Positions 18,637 through 28,463 of a stretch of DNA of 64,000 bases are shown here, one piece after another. This stretch comes from Minisyncoccota bacterium (GTDB taxonomy: Bacteria > Patescibacteriota > Minisyncoccia > Phycocordibacterales > Phycocordibacteraceae): NCBI GenBank assembly GCA_035627655.1, contig DASPLI010000001.1, forward strand, positions 665,605-729,604, read 5' to 3'. The translations under genes were made by a program, and so were the position numbers. Under the pieces are notes generated by a model. The model saw only the letters and a program-made list of their open reading frames with translations, was not told where the DNA came from and did no database searches. How positions within the stretch are numbered: the stretch's first letter is position 1; each line of letters begins with the position of its first letter.

Positions 18637-20328
18637 TTATTCGTTTGGCGGAAGTCCGAAATATTCCGGCGCAGTCTCCCGCATTTTCGTAAATACCTGA
18701 CTCATCACATACACGCCGCCAAGTGTGGTTCCAGCGGGGCCGCGCTCCATCACGACCGCAAACGCGTATTTTGGTTTGTCATATGGAAAGAACCCGACCA
18801 TCCAGGTGTTGTAGTACTCGTTATTGGCACCAAGCTGCGCAGTACCGGTCTTCCCCGCTGCTTTTACGTACGAGAGCGGATTCAAGCCCACGGACGTTCC
18901 TTCAGTCACGCCCATGCGCATACCTTCTCGCGCAATCCGGAGCCCTTCCCGATCAATCGCGATACTTTCCCCTTCCACCGGTCCGCCCGCAAGAATAGTC
19001 GGTCGGAGCAGTTTTCCGTCGTTTGCAACGGCAGCGATCGCGCGCACTGCCTCAAGCGGCGTAATCTGCATGGCGTACTGCCCAATAGAGGTGTGATACG
19101 TGTTACCGATACGCCACGGCTCGTTATATGTTTCTTCCTTCCAGGCAGGTGTCGGCACAAATCCGGAATTCTCCCCTTCAAGCTCGATGCCGGTAATCGA
19201 TTCAAGACCAAAGGCGTCGTACCAGTATTTCAAGCGCTCGATGCCGAGTCCGCGCTGACCACCAAAGCCGCCGCCCACCGTATAGAAATAGACGTCGGAG
19301 GAATATGCGACTGCGCTTCGCATATTCATGGGACCGAGCGCTTTCCAGTCACGGAAGATGGTTGGGTTTGAGGGGTCATAGGGGTTCGGTACTGAAATAG
19401 CGCCGGTAGAAACAATGATCGTCTCTGGATCGATAATCCCGTCGTTATAGATACCCGCAGCAATCAAGGGCTTCACGATGGAGCCTGGCGTATAGAGTCC
19501 CGACACGGCGCGATCGAGATACGGTTCGCGCGGATTATTCTGGTACGACGCGATCACGTCCGCCGGGGAGCCGCGCGAGAGGATGTTGGGATCGTACTCA
19601 GGGTACGAAACAAGCGCGATCACTTCGCCCGTCTCCACGTCCATCATGACGCCAGAGCCGCCCTTGTACGGAATCTGATCCGCAAGCGAAGAGATCGCAG
19701 TATGCATCGCTTCTTGTACGCGTGCATCTATGGAAAGCGCGATCGTCTCGCCGTTTTGTGCCGGCATCACGCTTCCCTGGCTTTGCACATCGCCAAGCGC
19801 GTTCTCTTCAATCAGCAGCGTCCCGTTCTTGCCGGCAAGCCGCTCTTCAAACGCAAGTTCCGCACCTGCCTGTCCCGTAATTTCCGTTTCGTAATAGTTG
19901 CCGGATGAATCTTTCTTTGGATAGGAAACATAGCCAAGCACGTGCCCGAACCCGGGCGATCGGTACTCGCGAACCGGGAAGCCATCTTCTCCGGCAACGT
20001 TTGCGGCAAGCACGACGCCATTTCGGTCCGTAAGTGCTCCGCGCTCCGCAAATACAATTTCAGGACGCAAACGGTTGCGCTCGCTTTGCGCGGCGTACGC
20101 CTCTCCGCCAATGAGACCAACAGCAACTGCTTTCCCTACCAGAATGAGGAAGAGCGCGGCAGCTCCGAGCATGAGCCCGAGATAACTGCCGTCGCCAAGC
20201 GGTTTTTCAAGACGCCCTTCAAGCCGGGACCGATCAAAGTCCGGCAAGTTTGAGGAATCAAGAAAGATCTCGTCCGGATTGAGCTCATGCCCCCGGTACC
20301 GCTTTCGACGCGAAAACCAACCCATCAT
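18637..20328 (-). CDS. mrdA: Penicillin-binding protein 2 (MrdA-like)
   Basis: TM anchor; PGSIVKP (SxxK), SSD, KTGTAQ; downstream of mreBC. Confidence 0.88.
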   Translation of the reverse strand: MMGWFSRRKRYRGHELNPDEIFLDSSNLPDFDRSRLEGRLEKPLGDGSYLGLMLGAAALFLILVGKAVAVGLIGGEAYAAQSERNRLRPEIVFAERGALTDRNGVVLAANVAGEDGFPVREYRSPGFGHVLGYVSYPKKDSSGNYYETEITGQAGAELAFEERLAGKNGTLLIEENALGDVQSQGSVMPAQNGETIALSIDARVQEAMHTAISSLADQIPYKGGSGVMMDVETGEVIALVSYPEYDPNILSRGSPADVIASYQNNPREPYLDRAVSGLYTPGSIVKPLIAAGIYNDGIIDPETIIVSTGAISVPNPYDPSNPTIFRDWKALGPMNMRSAVAYSSDVYFYTVGGGFGGQRGLGIERLKYWYDAFGLESITGIELEGENSGFVPTPAWKEETYNEPWRIGNTYHTSIGQYAMQITPLEAVRAIAAVANDGKLLRPTILAGGPVEGESIAIDREGLRIAREGMRMGVTEGTSVGLNPLSYVKAAGKTGTAQLGANNEYYNTWMVGFFPYDKPKYAFAVVMERGPAGTTLGGVYVMSQVFTKMRETAPEYFGLPPNE

Positions 20329-20579
20329 CCCCCTATGATACGCGCTTTGATGAATCGGCGCACGAAAAAAGCGATGAGCGAAATGCCGGCTCCGGCGATG
20401 GTCGCAAGCGGATATATACCCGGATGCGGCGCATAGTAGAGCACATCCGTGAAGACACCGGCCAGCAGTCCAATAATGGGAACAAAGAGCGCCCCCGCAA
20501 AGGAAAGGGCGAGCGTTACCGGATATGGAAAGAGGAGCGGCGAAACAAGCGCAAGCACCACTACAATCCAGCGAATCAT
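20325..20579 (-). CDS. Short MreD-like membrane protein
   Basis: Hydrophobic, GLLAGVFTD motif; between mreC and mrdA. Confidence 0.55.
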   Translation of the reverse strand: MIRWIVVVLALVSPLLFPYPVTLALSFAGALFVPIIGLLAGVFTDVLYYAPHPGIYPLATIAGAGISLIAFFVRRFIKARIIGG

Positions 20580-21322
20580 GGAAGAATGCGCACCCAGGTA
20601 AGCGCAAGCGGATTTACCAGAGGACGAATGCGCAGCAGAGCGCGCGGAGATGAAGCGTGGCTCTCAATCCGCTCTACGCGGCCGATGGGAAGCGCACCAG
20701 GACCAGGTACATACACGAGATCTCCCTCGACCACCGGATGCTCGCGCGGCACATCCGCTTCAAAGACGCCAGAACCAGCACCAATGAGCGTGACGGGAAG
20801 ACGAGATTCTCCTACCCAGCCTTCGGTAATACGCTCGGGCGCGGAAAAGAGGAGCGCACGAGAAGATTGTCCGACAACCTGCGCCACCGTACCAATAGGT
20901 ACGCCCTGAGCGTAAATGAGGGCTCCCTCAGTAATGCCGTGATCGGCTCCCCGATCAAGAATCAGCGTGTCATATGGAGAGAGCGGCGGACGAGCAAGCA
21001 CGCCAGCAAGAAGTCCTATGTCTTGCGGCACAGCCCGGTCAGCGCCAACATCGCGCAGCCGTGTACGAAGCGCCTCATTTTCGTTTCGAAGCAGTTCGAG
21101 TTCCGTTACAAGTGCTGCATCAGGGCCGGACTCGTCCCCAAGCGAGAGGAGTGCCGTTGCGCTGGTGCCGGCAGACCACAATGGCGAGACGATTGCCGTA
21201 AGTGCGCTTGGAAACAGCGTCCGCAGTCCAAACAGTAAAAGAAGCACAACGACAACGCCGATCAGGACGAGTCCCCGTCGCGGCGTAAGTACACTAGTTC
21301 TGCGGGAGAATTGCGTCTTCAT
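20576..21322 (-). CDS. mreC: Rod shape-determining protein MreC
   Basis: TM, coiled coil LRNENEALR, LDRGADHGI, PIGRV. Confidence 0.85.
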   Translation of the reverse strand: MKTQFSRRTSVLTPRRGLVLIGVVVVLLLLFGLRTLFPSALTAIVSPLWSAGTSATALLSLGDESGPDAALVTELELLRNENEALRTRLRDVGADRAVPQDIGLLAGVLARPPLSPYDTLILDRGADHGITEGALIYAQGVPIGTVAQVVGQSSRALLFSAPERITEGWVGESRLPVTLIGAGSGVFEADVPREHPVVEGDLVYVPGPGALPIGRVERIESHASSPRALLRIRPLVNPLALTWVRILP

Positions 21323-22355
21323 CGAGGAATATGCCGCGCCAGATGCGCGGATCTTCGGTAATGATGCCCGTACCGCGCACTACTGCCGTGAGCGGGTCGG
21401 TTGCTACGTACACCGGCACGCCAAGCATCTTGGCGAGCAATTCTGGAAGCCCACGGAGGAGCGCGCCGCCGCCAAACACGGTAACGCCACGTTCAAGCAC
21501 GTCAGAAAGAAGTTCGGGCGGTGTCGCCTCGATCACTTCTTTCATTGCTTCCATCAGCTTATCGAGCGACGCCTCAAGCGCTTCGCGCACGTGCGCATCG
21601 GTAAGAATGATTTCGCGCGGAAGACCCGTTGCAAGATCTCGACCACGCACCGGACGCTCAAGCTTTGTATCAAGCGGGAGCACTGCTCCGATGGCAACCT
21701 TCACCTCCTCTGCGGTCTTCTCGCCAATTGCGAGCTGGAACTCGCTTCGGACGTATTCGGCAATATTGTCGTTGAAGCGATCGCCGGCAACGTGCGAACT
21801 CTTCGAGGAGACGGTGCCGCCCATGGAAATGACGGAGATGTCGGTCGTTCCCCCACCGATATCGAGCACCATGGTGCCGACCGCCTCAGTGACCGGAAGC
21901 TTCGCGCCGATCGCACCAGCCATCGGCTCTTCAACGATATAGACTTCGCGCGCGCCTGAGGCGAGTGCCGCATCGCGCACTGCGCGACTCTCAACGTTCG
22001 TGACACCGGTCGGGACGCCAATAACGATGCGCGGACCAAACAACCGCGACCGGTCGCCCTGCGCCTTGCGGATGAGATACGCCAAGAGCTCCTGCGTTAC
22101 TTCAAAGTCGGAAATGACACCATGCGATAGCGGCCGTACGGCGCGTACATGCGGCGGCGTTTTCCCGAGCATCAGCTTTGCCTCCTTGCCGATTGCGACC
22201 ACCTGTCCCGTCTTATCGTTGACGGTGACGACCGACGGTTCGTTGAGTACGACACCACGACCACGCACGTACACCAGCGTGTTAGCCGTTCCCAAGTCGA
22301 TCCCGATGTCGCTTGAGAAAAGTGAGTTCTTGGAAATGCGTTTTTGCTTTGCCAT
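21294..22355 (-). CDS. mreB: Rod shape-determining protein MreB (copy 1)
   Basis: IGIDLGTANT, EEPMAGAIG, DIGGGTTD, ATPPEL. Confidence 0.93.
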   Translation of the reverse strand: MAKQKRISKNSLFSSDIGIDLGTANTLVYVRGRGVVLNEPSVVTVNDKTGQVVAIGKEAKLMLGKTPPHVRAVRPLSHGVISDFEVTQELLAYLIRKAQGDRSRLFGPRIVIGVPTGVTNVESRAVRDAALASGAREVYIVEEPMAGAIGAKLPVTEAVGTMVLDIGGGTTDISVISMGGTVSSKSSHVAGDRFNDNIAEYVRSEFQLAIGEKTAEEVKVAIGAVLPLDTKLERPVRGRDLATGLPREIILTDAHVREALEASLDKLMEAMKEVIEATPPELLSDVLERGVTVFGGGALLRGLPELLAKMLGVPVYVATDPLTAVVRGTGIITEDPRIWRGIFLDEDAILPQN

Positions 22356-23597
22356 TTATCGTGTCAGCAGCTCTTCGCGCGAAACCTTCTGCACCTCTCC
22401 CGTCGCGCGATGCACGAGTTCATAGGTTCCCTCTTTCACCGTGTCCTTCCCGACAATGATCCGCCATGGAATGCCGATAAGATCGGCGTCAGCAAACTTC
22501 TCTCCTGCGCGCGCTGCGCGATCGTCGTAGAGGACAGTCGCATTCTTTCCGAGATCTACATAGAGCGACTCGGCAAGCGCTACAACCTCCGCATCATCTT
22601 GCGCGACAGACACCAGGTGATATTTAAACGGCGCGATCGCCTCCGGCCAGACCAAGCCCTTATCGTCCGAGAGCAACTCGGCGATCACTCCCATAAGACG
22701 CGTCGGACCGATACCGTACGAACCCATGACGACCGGCTTACGCACACCCGTCTCGTCCGTATAGGTAAGGCCGAGCGCTTCGGAAAAGCGCGTGCCGAGA
22801 TTGAAAATGTTTCCGACTTCGATCGCCCGCTTTTCAACCAACTCGTCCTTGGAGAGTCCGAGAGTTGCGAGTGCTTCGTCCGTATATACCTCCTTATTGA
22901 CCGCGATGCGCTTCCCTTCATGCACGTAAATAGTGTCTTCACCGGCTTCTGAGATAGTCTGAAACTCTTCCGAAAACGGACTGAAGATGCCGCCAGAAGC
23001 GAAGGTGACGTAAGTCTTATCACCAAGACCAGCGCGCTCAAACACTTTGCGGTACGCGTCGCGTGCCGCTGCATAAAACGCTGCGTGCTCGGCATCGTCT
23101 TTGGAGAAGGAGTACAGATCTTTCATCAGAAACTCCTTGCCGCGCATGATGCCAGACTTAGCGCGCAACTCGTTGCGGAATTTATTTTGGAACTGATAGG
23201 CGTAGCGCGGCAGGTCGCGGTACGACGCGATGTGCTCGGTCATAATGCGTGTGAGGGGTTCTTCGTGCGTAATCGCAAGCCCCGTCTCCCCACCCGACTT
23301 GAACGATGTCTTGAACCAGTTGTCCACTTTCTCGTCGTCCCAGCGGTCCGTGCGGCTCCAGAGTTCTTTATCTTGAAGCGCGGTCATGACCATTTCCTGC
23401 CCGCCAATTGCATCCATCTCTTCACGGATCACCTGCACAATATTCTGGAGTGTTCGATACCCAAGCGGGAGATACGAGTACACGCCCGCCATTTCCTTAT
23501 GCACGTAGCCAGCACGTATGAGGAGCTGGGCGTTTTTCGCCGTTTCGTCAGAAGGCGCCTCCCGGCGCGTTTTCGTAAAAAGCTGACTTTGCCGCAT
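22356..23597 (-). CDS. proS: Proline--tRNA ligase (short form without editing insertion)
   Basis: MRQSQLF, THEE, KFRNELR, R.KEFLMKD.YSF, MGSYGIG, FADADLIG. Confidence 0.95.
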   Translation of the reverse strand: MRQSQLFTKTRREAPSDETAKNAQLLIRAGYVHKEMAGVYSYLPLGYRTLQNIVQVIREEMDAIGGQEMVMTALQDKELWSRTDRWDDEKVDNWFKTSFKSGGETGLAITHEEPLTRIMTEHIASYRDLPRYAYQFQNKFRNELRAKSGIMRGKEFLMKDLYSFSKDDAEHAAFYAAARDAYRKVFERAGLGDKTYVTFASGGIFSPFSEEFQTISEAGEDTIYVHEGKRIAVNKEVYTDEALATLGLSKDELVEKRAIEVGNIFNLGTRFSEALGLTYTDETGVRKPVVMGSYGIGPTRLMGVIAELLSDDKGLVWPEAIAPFKYHLVSVAQDDAEVVALAESLYVDLGKNATVLYDDRAARAGEKFADADLIGIPWRIIVGKDTVKEGTYELVHRATGEVQKVSREELLTR

Positions 23598-23635
23598 GAA
23601 GGCCAGTATACGGCCCCCTCCCATGAAGGGCAAAA

Positions 23636-24718
23636 CTAGAACAACTTCCCAATATCGCTTGCGGTAATAAGAACCATGAGCAAGATAAGGAAGACGAATC
23701 CGGCGGTGTTGACCGCGCCCGTAACCTTCTCGGGAATCTTGCGGCGAGTGACTGCCTCAATGAGCACGAAGAGAAGACGTCCGCCATCGAGTGCGGGAAC
23801 CGGAAGCAGGTTGATGAGCGCAAGATTCACAGAAATCACTGCCACAAGCGTCAGAAGCGCAACGAGTCCGGTTGCTGACGCGTTCCCAACCGCGCCGGCA
23901 ATTCCAACCGGGCCTGACACCTGCGAGAGGTCTGCTGAGAGCGTAAAGATGCTGCCGAAAAATCCTATAAGACCAATCGCAACATCTTTCGTGAGTTCCC
24001 ACGTCATGCGCGCACCTTCAATCGGCGCTTCAAGTGCCGGGACAGCAACCGTGCCGACGCTTGCAACCCCGATGCCAAGCGCAGCGCGCTCAGGAGTATC
24101 AGGAAGCGTGCCAACTTCTGGCGTTGCCGTAAGCGTGAGCGTCTCTCCTGCGCGCACCACCTGCATCGAGAGCGGTTCTGGGTGGCTGCCGATAAAAGCT
24201 GTAAATGCTTCTGAGTCGGCACTCACAAACAACTCCGCCCCCGCTTCCGCCTTAGTGATGACATCGCCCACGACAAAGCCCGCCTCTTCTGCAGGAGAAC
24301 CGCTGACCACCCGAGACACCATGAGGCGCGCGTCTGGCGCTTGTGCCACTTCTGCGCTTGAAAGCGCTCGCGGCATACCAAGCCCGAGCGATATGGAAAT
24401 AAGCACCCAGGCAAACACGATGTTCATGATGATGCCCGCTGCAAGCACGATGGCCTGCAGGAGGTGCGACTTTGCCGCAAAAGAATCCTTCCCTGCCCCC
24501 TCTCCATCCTCGCCATAAATGCGCACGAATCCGCCAAACGGCAGCCAGTTGAGGGTATATTCGGTGCCATGCTTTTTTGCGAGCACCGCCGCCCGCGGCG
24601 GATACCCAAGCCCAAACTCTTCTACGCGCATGCCCGCCCACTTGGCAGCAAAAAAGTGCCCGAGCTCATGCACAACAATGAGTACGACAAGAACGAGAAT
24701 GAAAAGAAGGATCGTCAT
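23636..24718 (-). CDS. rseP: Site-2 metalloprotease RseP with PDZ domain
   Basis: HELGH, NLLPVPALDGG, SGPVGI. Confidence 0.92.
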   Translation of the reverse strand: MTILLFILVLVVLIVVHELGHFFAAKWAGMRVEEFGLGYPPRAAVLAKKHGTEYTLNWLPFGGFVRIYGEDGEGAGKDSFAAKSHLLQAIVLAAGIIMNIVFAWVLISISLGLGMPRALSSAEVAQAPDARLMVSRVVSGSPAEEAGFVVGDVITKAEAGAELFVSADSEAFTAFIGSHPEPLSMQVVRAGETLTLTATPEVGTLPDTPERAALGIGVASVGTVAVPALEAPIEGARMTWELTKDVAIGLIGFFGSIFTLSADLSQVSGPVGIAGAVGNASATGLVALLTLVAVISVNLALINLLPVPALDGGRLLFVLIEAVTRRKIPEKVTGAVNTAGFVFLILLMVLITASDIGKLF

Positions 24719-25270
24719 TTAGGAAGCGATCTCGTCTTTCTTTTTCGCAAGAAGCGCATCAAGTGCCTTGGTGCCGTCGTCAATCAGCTTCTGAACTTCG
24801 TCTTTGAGCCGCTTGAGCTCGTCTTGGCCCATGCCGCCCTCTTTCTCCGACGCTTCCAGCGCCTTGATCGCGTCTGCTCGGTGGCCGCGAAGCGTTACCT
24901 TTGCCTGCTCGCACTTCTCGCCCGCAAGCTTCACGAGCATCGTGCGGCGCTCGGCGGTCAGCTCCGGGAACGTCACACGCAATCCCTGATCGTCCGTTGA
25001 AACGCCAACGCCAAGATCTGCTTCGGTGATCGCCTTCTCAATTGCCTTGGAAACTGTCTTGTCCCACGGCACGATGCGGATCGTGCGTGCGTCTTCAACG
25101 GCAACAGATCCGAGCTGCTGCAGCGGTGTTTTGGTGCCATATGCTTCCGGCTTCACACTATCAAGAAGCGCGGTTGACGCGCGTCCGGTGCGAATGCCGG
25201 TAAATTCGCGCTGCAGCCATTCTTCGGTTTCTTTTATCTGTGCTTTAAGCGGAGAAAAATCGTAAGCCAT
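24719..25270 (-). CDS. frr: Ribosome recycling factor
   Basis: IRTGRAS, PELTAERR. Confidence 0.96.
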   Translation of the reverse strand: MAYDFSPLKAQIKETEEWLQREFTGIRTGRASTALLDSVKPEAYGTKTPLQQLGSVAVEDARTIRIVPWDKTVSKAIEKAITEADLGVGVSTDDQGLRVTFPELTAERRTMLVKLAGEKCEQAKVTLRGHRADAIKALEASEKEGGMGQDELKRLKDEVQKLIDDGTKALDALLAKKKDEIAS

Positions 25271-25326
25271 ATACGTGAGAGTGTAACAAATGTATGAGCC
25301 GCACCGTAGGGGTGCGGCTCACAGTA

Positions 25327-25851
25327 CTAGGATGCCCCATGGGCAATCTCGTTTCCTGCCTTCAGTGGCCTCGGAGGTTTGGGCGTGCAGGAGAGAAATC
25401 CCGCGTACCCCAAAAACCCGATCTGGTCGATCAAGCTCGCAACCGCCTGCCACACATCCCGCCAATCGGTGTCTGGCAGTGATAATACGGCCCACATGAG
25501 TAAAACTTCGATGAAGACGAAGCCAAGCATCATGATGCGGAAGAAGCCCCAGGGAAAGAACGGCCGATACGGACTCATCACTTTCCCCTGATAGCGTTCC
25601 ATCCGGCGATCCAATCCTTCAATTACCTGCAGCAGGATGATGAATAGGATGCCGAAGGCCACGATCCAGAAGTAGTCCCAGCCCGTCTTATGCTCCTCGC
25701 CGATGAACTCCGCCGTCTTGGCAATCAGAGAAAGCCAGATGCACATGCGCGCATAGAAGAAGCAGGTTCGATCAGTTCGGTCGCGAAGCCAGTCGGATGC
25801 TTTCTGGAATACGGAAACGAGCCAATCGTCCAAGCGAACAATGAGCGACAT
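25327..25851 (-). CDS. Hypothetical 4-TM membrane protein
   Basis: AAAGGAGG SD; terminator at ~25295-25321. Confidence 0.6.
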   Translation of the reverse strand: MSLIVRLDDWLVSVFQKASDWLRDRTDRTCFFYARMCIWLSLIAKTAEFIGEEHKTGWDYFWIVAFGILFIILLQVIEGLDRRMERYQGKVMSPYRPFFPWGFFRIMMLGFVFIEVLLMWAVLSLPDTDWRDVWQAVASLIDQIGFLGYAGFLSCTPKPPRPLKAGNEIAHGAS

Positions 25852-25903
25852 ACCGTCCCTCCTTTCTTCCAAGAGCTATACGCTCTTCCTTAAGGCGCGT
25901 CAA

Positions 25904-26566
25904 CTAACGTGGCGCCGTAATCAAAATATGCTCAAGAATCGGCTTGAGCGGCGCGGAGCGCTCGTGAAGGATCGGGACGAGACGGTTGAGGTCGCTCAAG
26001 AACGCCCGCGTCTCAGGATCTTTGCGCTTTGCGGAAAGCGCGCGCATTAGTCCTTCGGCAAACGAGAGCGCTTCCGCTCGAGCAGCCTGTTTTTCTTCGG
26101 CCTTGTCGGACTTCGCCCGATCCAATATCGCCTCAATGATTTTTCCGCGCTCACTCTCCTTTCCGGTAAGAAATGCTTTGGCGGCAGCCGATGCGCCAAC
26201 GCCCTCAAGGCCCGGCAGCGGCAAAAGGCGCGAACGAAGCGTTTGAATCAAAACGCCCTCAGATGGCACGATGAGCACTAAATACGTTCCTGCCGGCGGC
26301 TCTTCAAACGTTTTGAGGAGCGCGTTTTGCGCTTCGTGGAAAATGCGCGGCGCAGCGGCGATGATCAGTTTCCGTTCTCCGCTTGCAGGCATGCGACTTG
26401 CCAGTTCCGAAAGCTTACGGGCCTCGTCAACAGAAAACAGCGGCGAGCGAAGCACGATGATGTTCGGATTATTTTGACCAGAAAGACCGAGTGTCTCGCC
26501 GAAGGCGCGCGCCGATTCAATTCCCGCATCCATGTCGCCCGTAACGAAATACGCGTGGTGCTGCAT
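25904..26566 (-). CDS. holB: DNA polymerase III delta-prime-like subunit (short)
   Basis: HHAY, AQNALLKTFEEPP, TLRSR clamp-loader motifs. Confidence 0.8.
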   Translation of the reverse strand: MQHHAYFVTGDMDAGIESARAFGETLGLSGQNNPNIIVLRSPLFSVDEARKLSELASRMPASGERKLIIAAAPRIFHEAQNALLKTFEEPPAGTYLVLIVPSEGVLIQTLRSRLLPLPGLEGVGASAAAKAFLTGKESERGKIIEAILDRAKSDKAEEKQAARAEALSFAEGLMRALSAKRKDPETRAFLSDLNRLVPILHERSAPLKPILEHILITAPR

Positions 26567-26630
26567 ACCTCCCTAGTGTACCTGAACGCAAATCGGCCCC
26601 GCACAAGGGCGGGGCCGACAGAGCAAACCG

Positions 26631-27281
26631 TTAGAACGTATAGGCGGTGCTGACGCCGAAGGCGAACGCGGAGTCGCGGTCGCCATCGAGCGGCTGATAG
26701 CCGTAGATGGCCGGCGTGATCGAGAGTCCTCCGAATTCGAAGGGACGCTCAACACGGCCGTACACCTGGCTGCCATCCGCATCGGCGTCGTAGCTGATGC
26801 CGCCGCTCAGATCGAGCGCGAGAAGTTCGGTTGCCAGTTCAAGCGCGCCGATGTCGGTTGCGTAGGTCTCGCCTTCCTGGTGCTCATAGATGAGCTCCCA
26901 GGTGACGAGGTCGCCGCCGCCGATCGACAGTTGAACGTCGCCGATGTCTTCCGTTGGCGTTCGCCACCACGCGAGCGTGAGCCCGCAGGTGAACATGCCG
27001 CAGGAAGCCGACGTCGAGAACGTGGCGTCGATTTCTTCAAGCGCGCCGTCTTCGCCATAGCGGTAGCCGTCGACCGCAAGCGACCACGAATCGTGTTCGT
27101 AGGAAATGCCGGCGTGGTACAGCGATGCTTCGTCGTCAACAAGGAATGCTTGCCGCGGGAAGATGTACGCGCTGTCGACGGATGCCGACACGGTCACGGA
27201 CGGTTGTTCTTGAGCGTACGCAGGTTGCGCCACAAACGACAGCGTGCCGAGTGCAGTCGCACACATAAGGAACATGCGCAT
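26631..27281 (-). CDS. Secreted outer-membrane-type beta-barrel protein
   Basis: Signal peptide ending AYA-Q; alternating amphipathic strands; C-terminal FAFGVSTAYTF; own promoter (27319-27347) and terminator (~26594-26619). Confidence 0.6.
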   Translation of the reverse strand: MRMFLMCATALGTLSFVAQPAYAQEQPSVTVSASVDSAYIFPRQAFLVDDEASLYHAGISYEHDSWSLAVDGYRYGEDGALEEIDATFSTSASCGMFTCGLTLAWWRTPTEDIGDVQLSIGGGDLVTWELIYEHQEGETYATDIGALELATELLALDLSGGISYDADADGSQVYGRVERPFEFGGLSITPAIYGYQPLDGDRDSAFAFGVSTAYTF

Positions 27282-27349
27282 TCAGATACCCTTTCTTTCC
27301 AGGTTTACGCCGTCTACCTTTATATAACAAAACTCTATGAAAGTCAATA

Positions 27350-28363
27350 CTAGCGCTTGGCGATAATACTCTTCTTGTACGTATCCAAATGCTTGAGCGC
27401 TACCCCGGTGCCGCGAGCCACACAGAAGTATGCGTTTTCTGCGAGCATGCCGCGCACGCCGGTTCTGCGGAGAATTAGCTCCGGCATATTGCGAAGCTGC
27501 GAGGTGCCGCCGGTGAGAATGATGCCGTTGTCGATAATGTCGGAGGCAAGCTCGGGCGGTGTTTCCTGAAGCACCTTACGTACCGCGTTCATCATGTCGC
27601 GGAGCTCGCGCGAGACCGCCTGCACGATTTCGTTGGTCTTCAGTTCAATCGTGCGCGGGAGACCCGACACCAAGTCGCGTCCCTTCACAGGCATGGACAA
27701 CTCTTCGGAGACCGGCACCGCAGAACCAATCGTTATTTTGATCTCTTCGGCAGTTTTGTCTCCAATCGAGAGGTTGTGTGCCTTCTTTACGTGATCCACG
27801 ATGGCTCGGTCAAGCGCGTTGCCCGCAACTTTGACCGACGTGGATGCCACGATGCCGCCAAGGGAGATCACCGCAACATCGATCGTGCCGCCGCCGATAT
27901 CCGCAACCATGCGGCCGGACGGCTCATGAATCGGGATGCCAGCACCAATTGCGGCAAGAATCGGTTCTTTGACCACAAACGCATCTGCTGCTCCTGCTTT
28001 CACTGCAGCTTCGATCACGGCACGCTTTTCCGTTGAGGTGACGCCTGCTGGCACTGAGACGAGCACGGTCGGCTTCCAGATGTTGAGCGAGCCGAGCGCG
28101 CGGCGCATAAAGTAGCGCAGCATTGCTTCGGTGACGCGGTAGTCAGCAATAACGCCGTCTTTCATTGGGCGATACGCCTGGATGGAATCTGGCGTTCTGC
28201 CGATCATGCTCTTGGCTTCCGCGCCAATCGCAAGCACCTTGTTCGTTTCGGTCGAGACCGCAACCACCGACGGCTCATTGAGGACAACGCCCTTCCCCGG
28301 CACGAACACCAAGACGTTGGTGGTGCCAAGATCGATGCCAAGTTTTGGAGAAAAGAATGCCAT
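27350..28363 (-). CDS. mreB: MreB/Mbl actin-like protein (copy 2)
   Basis: LGIDLGTTN, RPMKDGVIAD, DIGGGTID, ETPPEL. Confidence 0.92.
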   Translation of the reverse strand: MAFFSPKLGIDLGTTNVLVFVPGKGVVLNEPSVVAVSTETNKVLAIGAEAKSMIGRTPDSIQAYRPMKDGVIADYRVTEAMLRYFMRRALGSLNIWKPTVLVSVPAGVTSTEKRAVIEAAVKAGAADAFVVKEPILAAIGAGIPIHEPSGRMVADIGGGTIDVAVISLGGIVASTSVKVAGNALDRAIVDHVKKAHNLSIGDKTAEEIKITIGSAVPVSEELSMPVKGRDLVSGLPRTIELKTNEIVQAVSRELRDMMNAVRKVLQETPPELASDIIDNGIILTGGTSQLRNMPELILRRTGVRGMLAENAYFCVARGTGVALKHLDTYKKSIIAKR

Positions 28364-28463
28364 TCGTGCGGGCATTGTATCGCGAGGACTAACGGGGAGC
28401 AAAAAGGAGGGTTTGGCCGTGCCTCATGACGTACGGACGCTTTTCTGTTACCCTACTCCCACT

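Noticed and set aside
20967-24518. Long + strand ORFs opposite mreB, proS and rseP
   Set aside because: Shadow frames expected in GC-rich coding DNA
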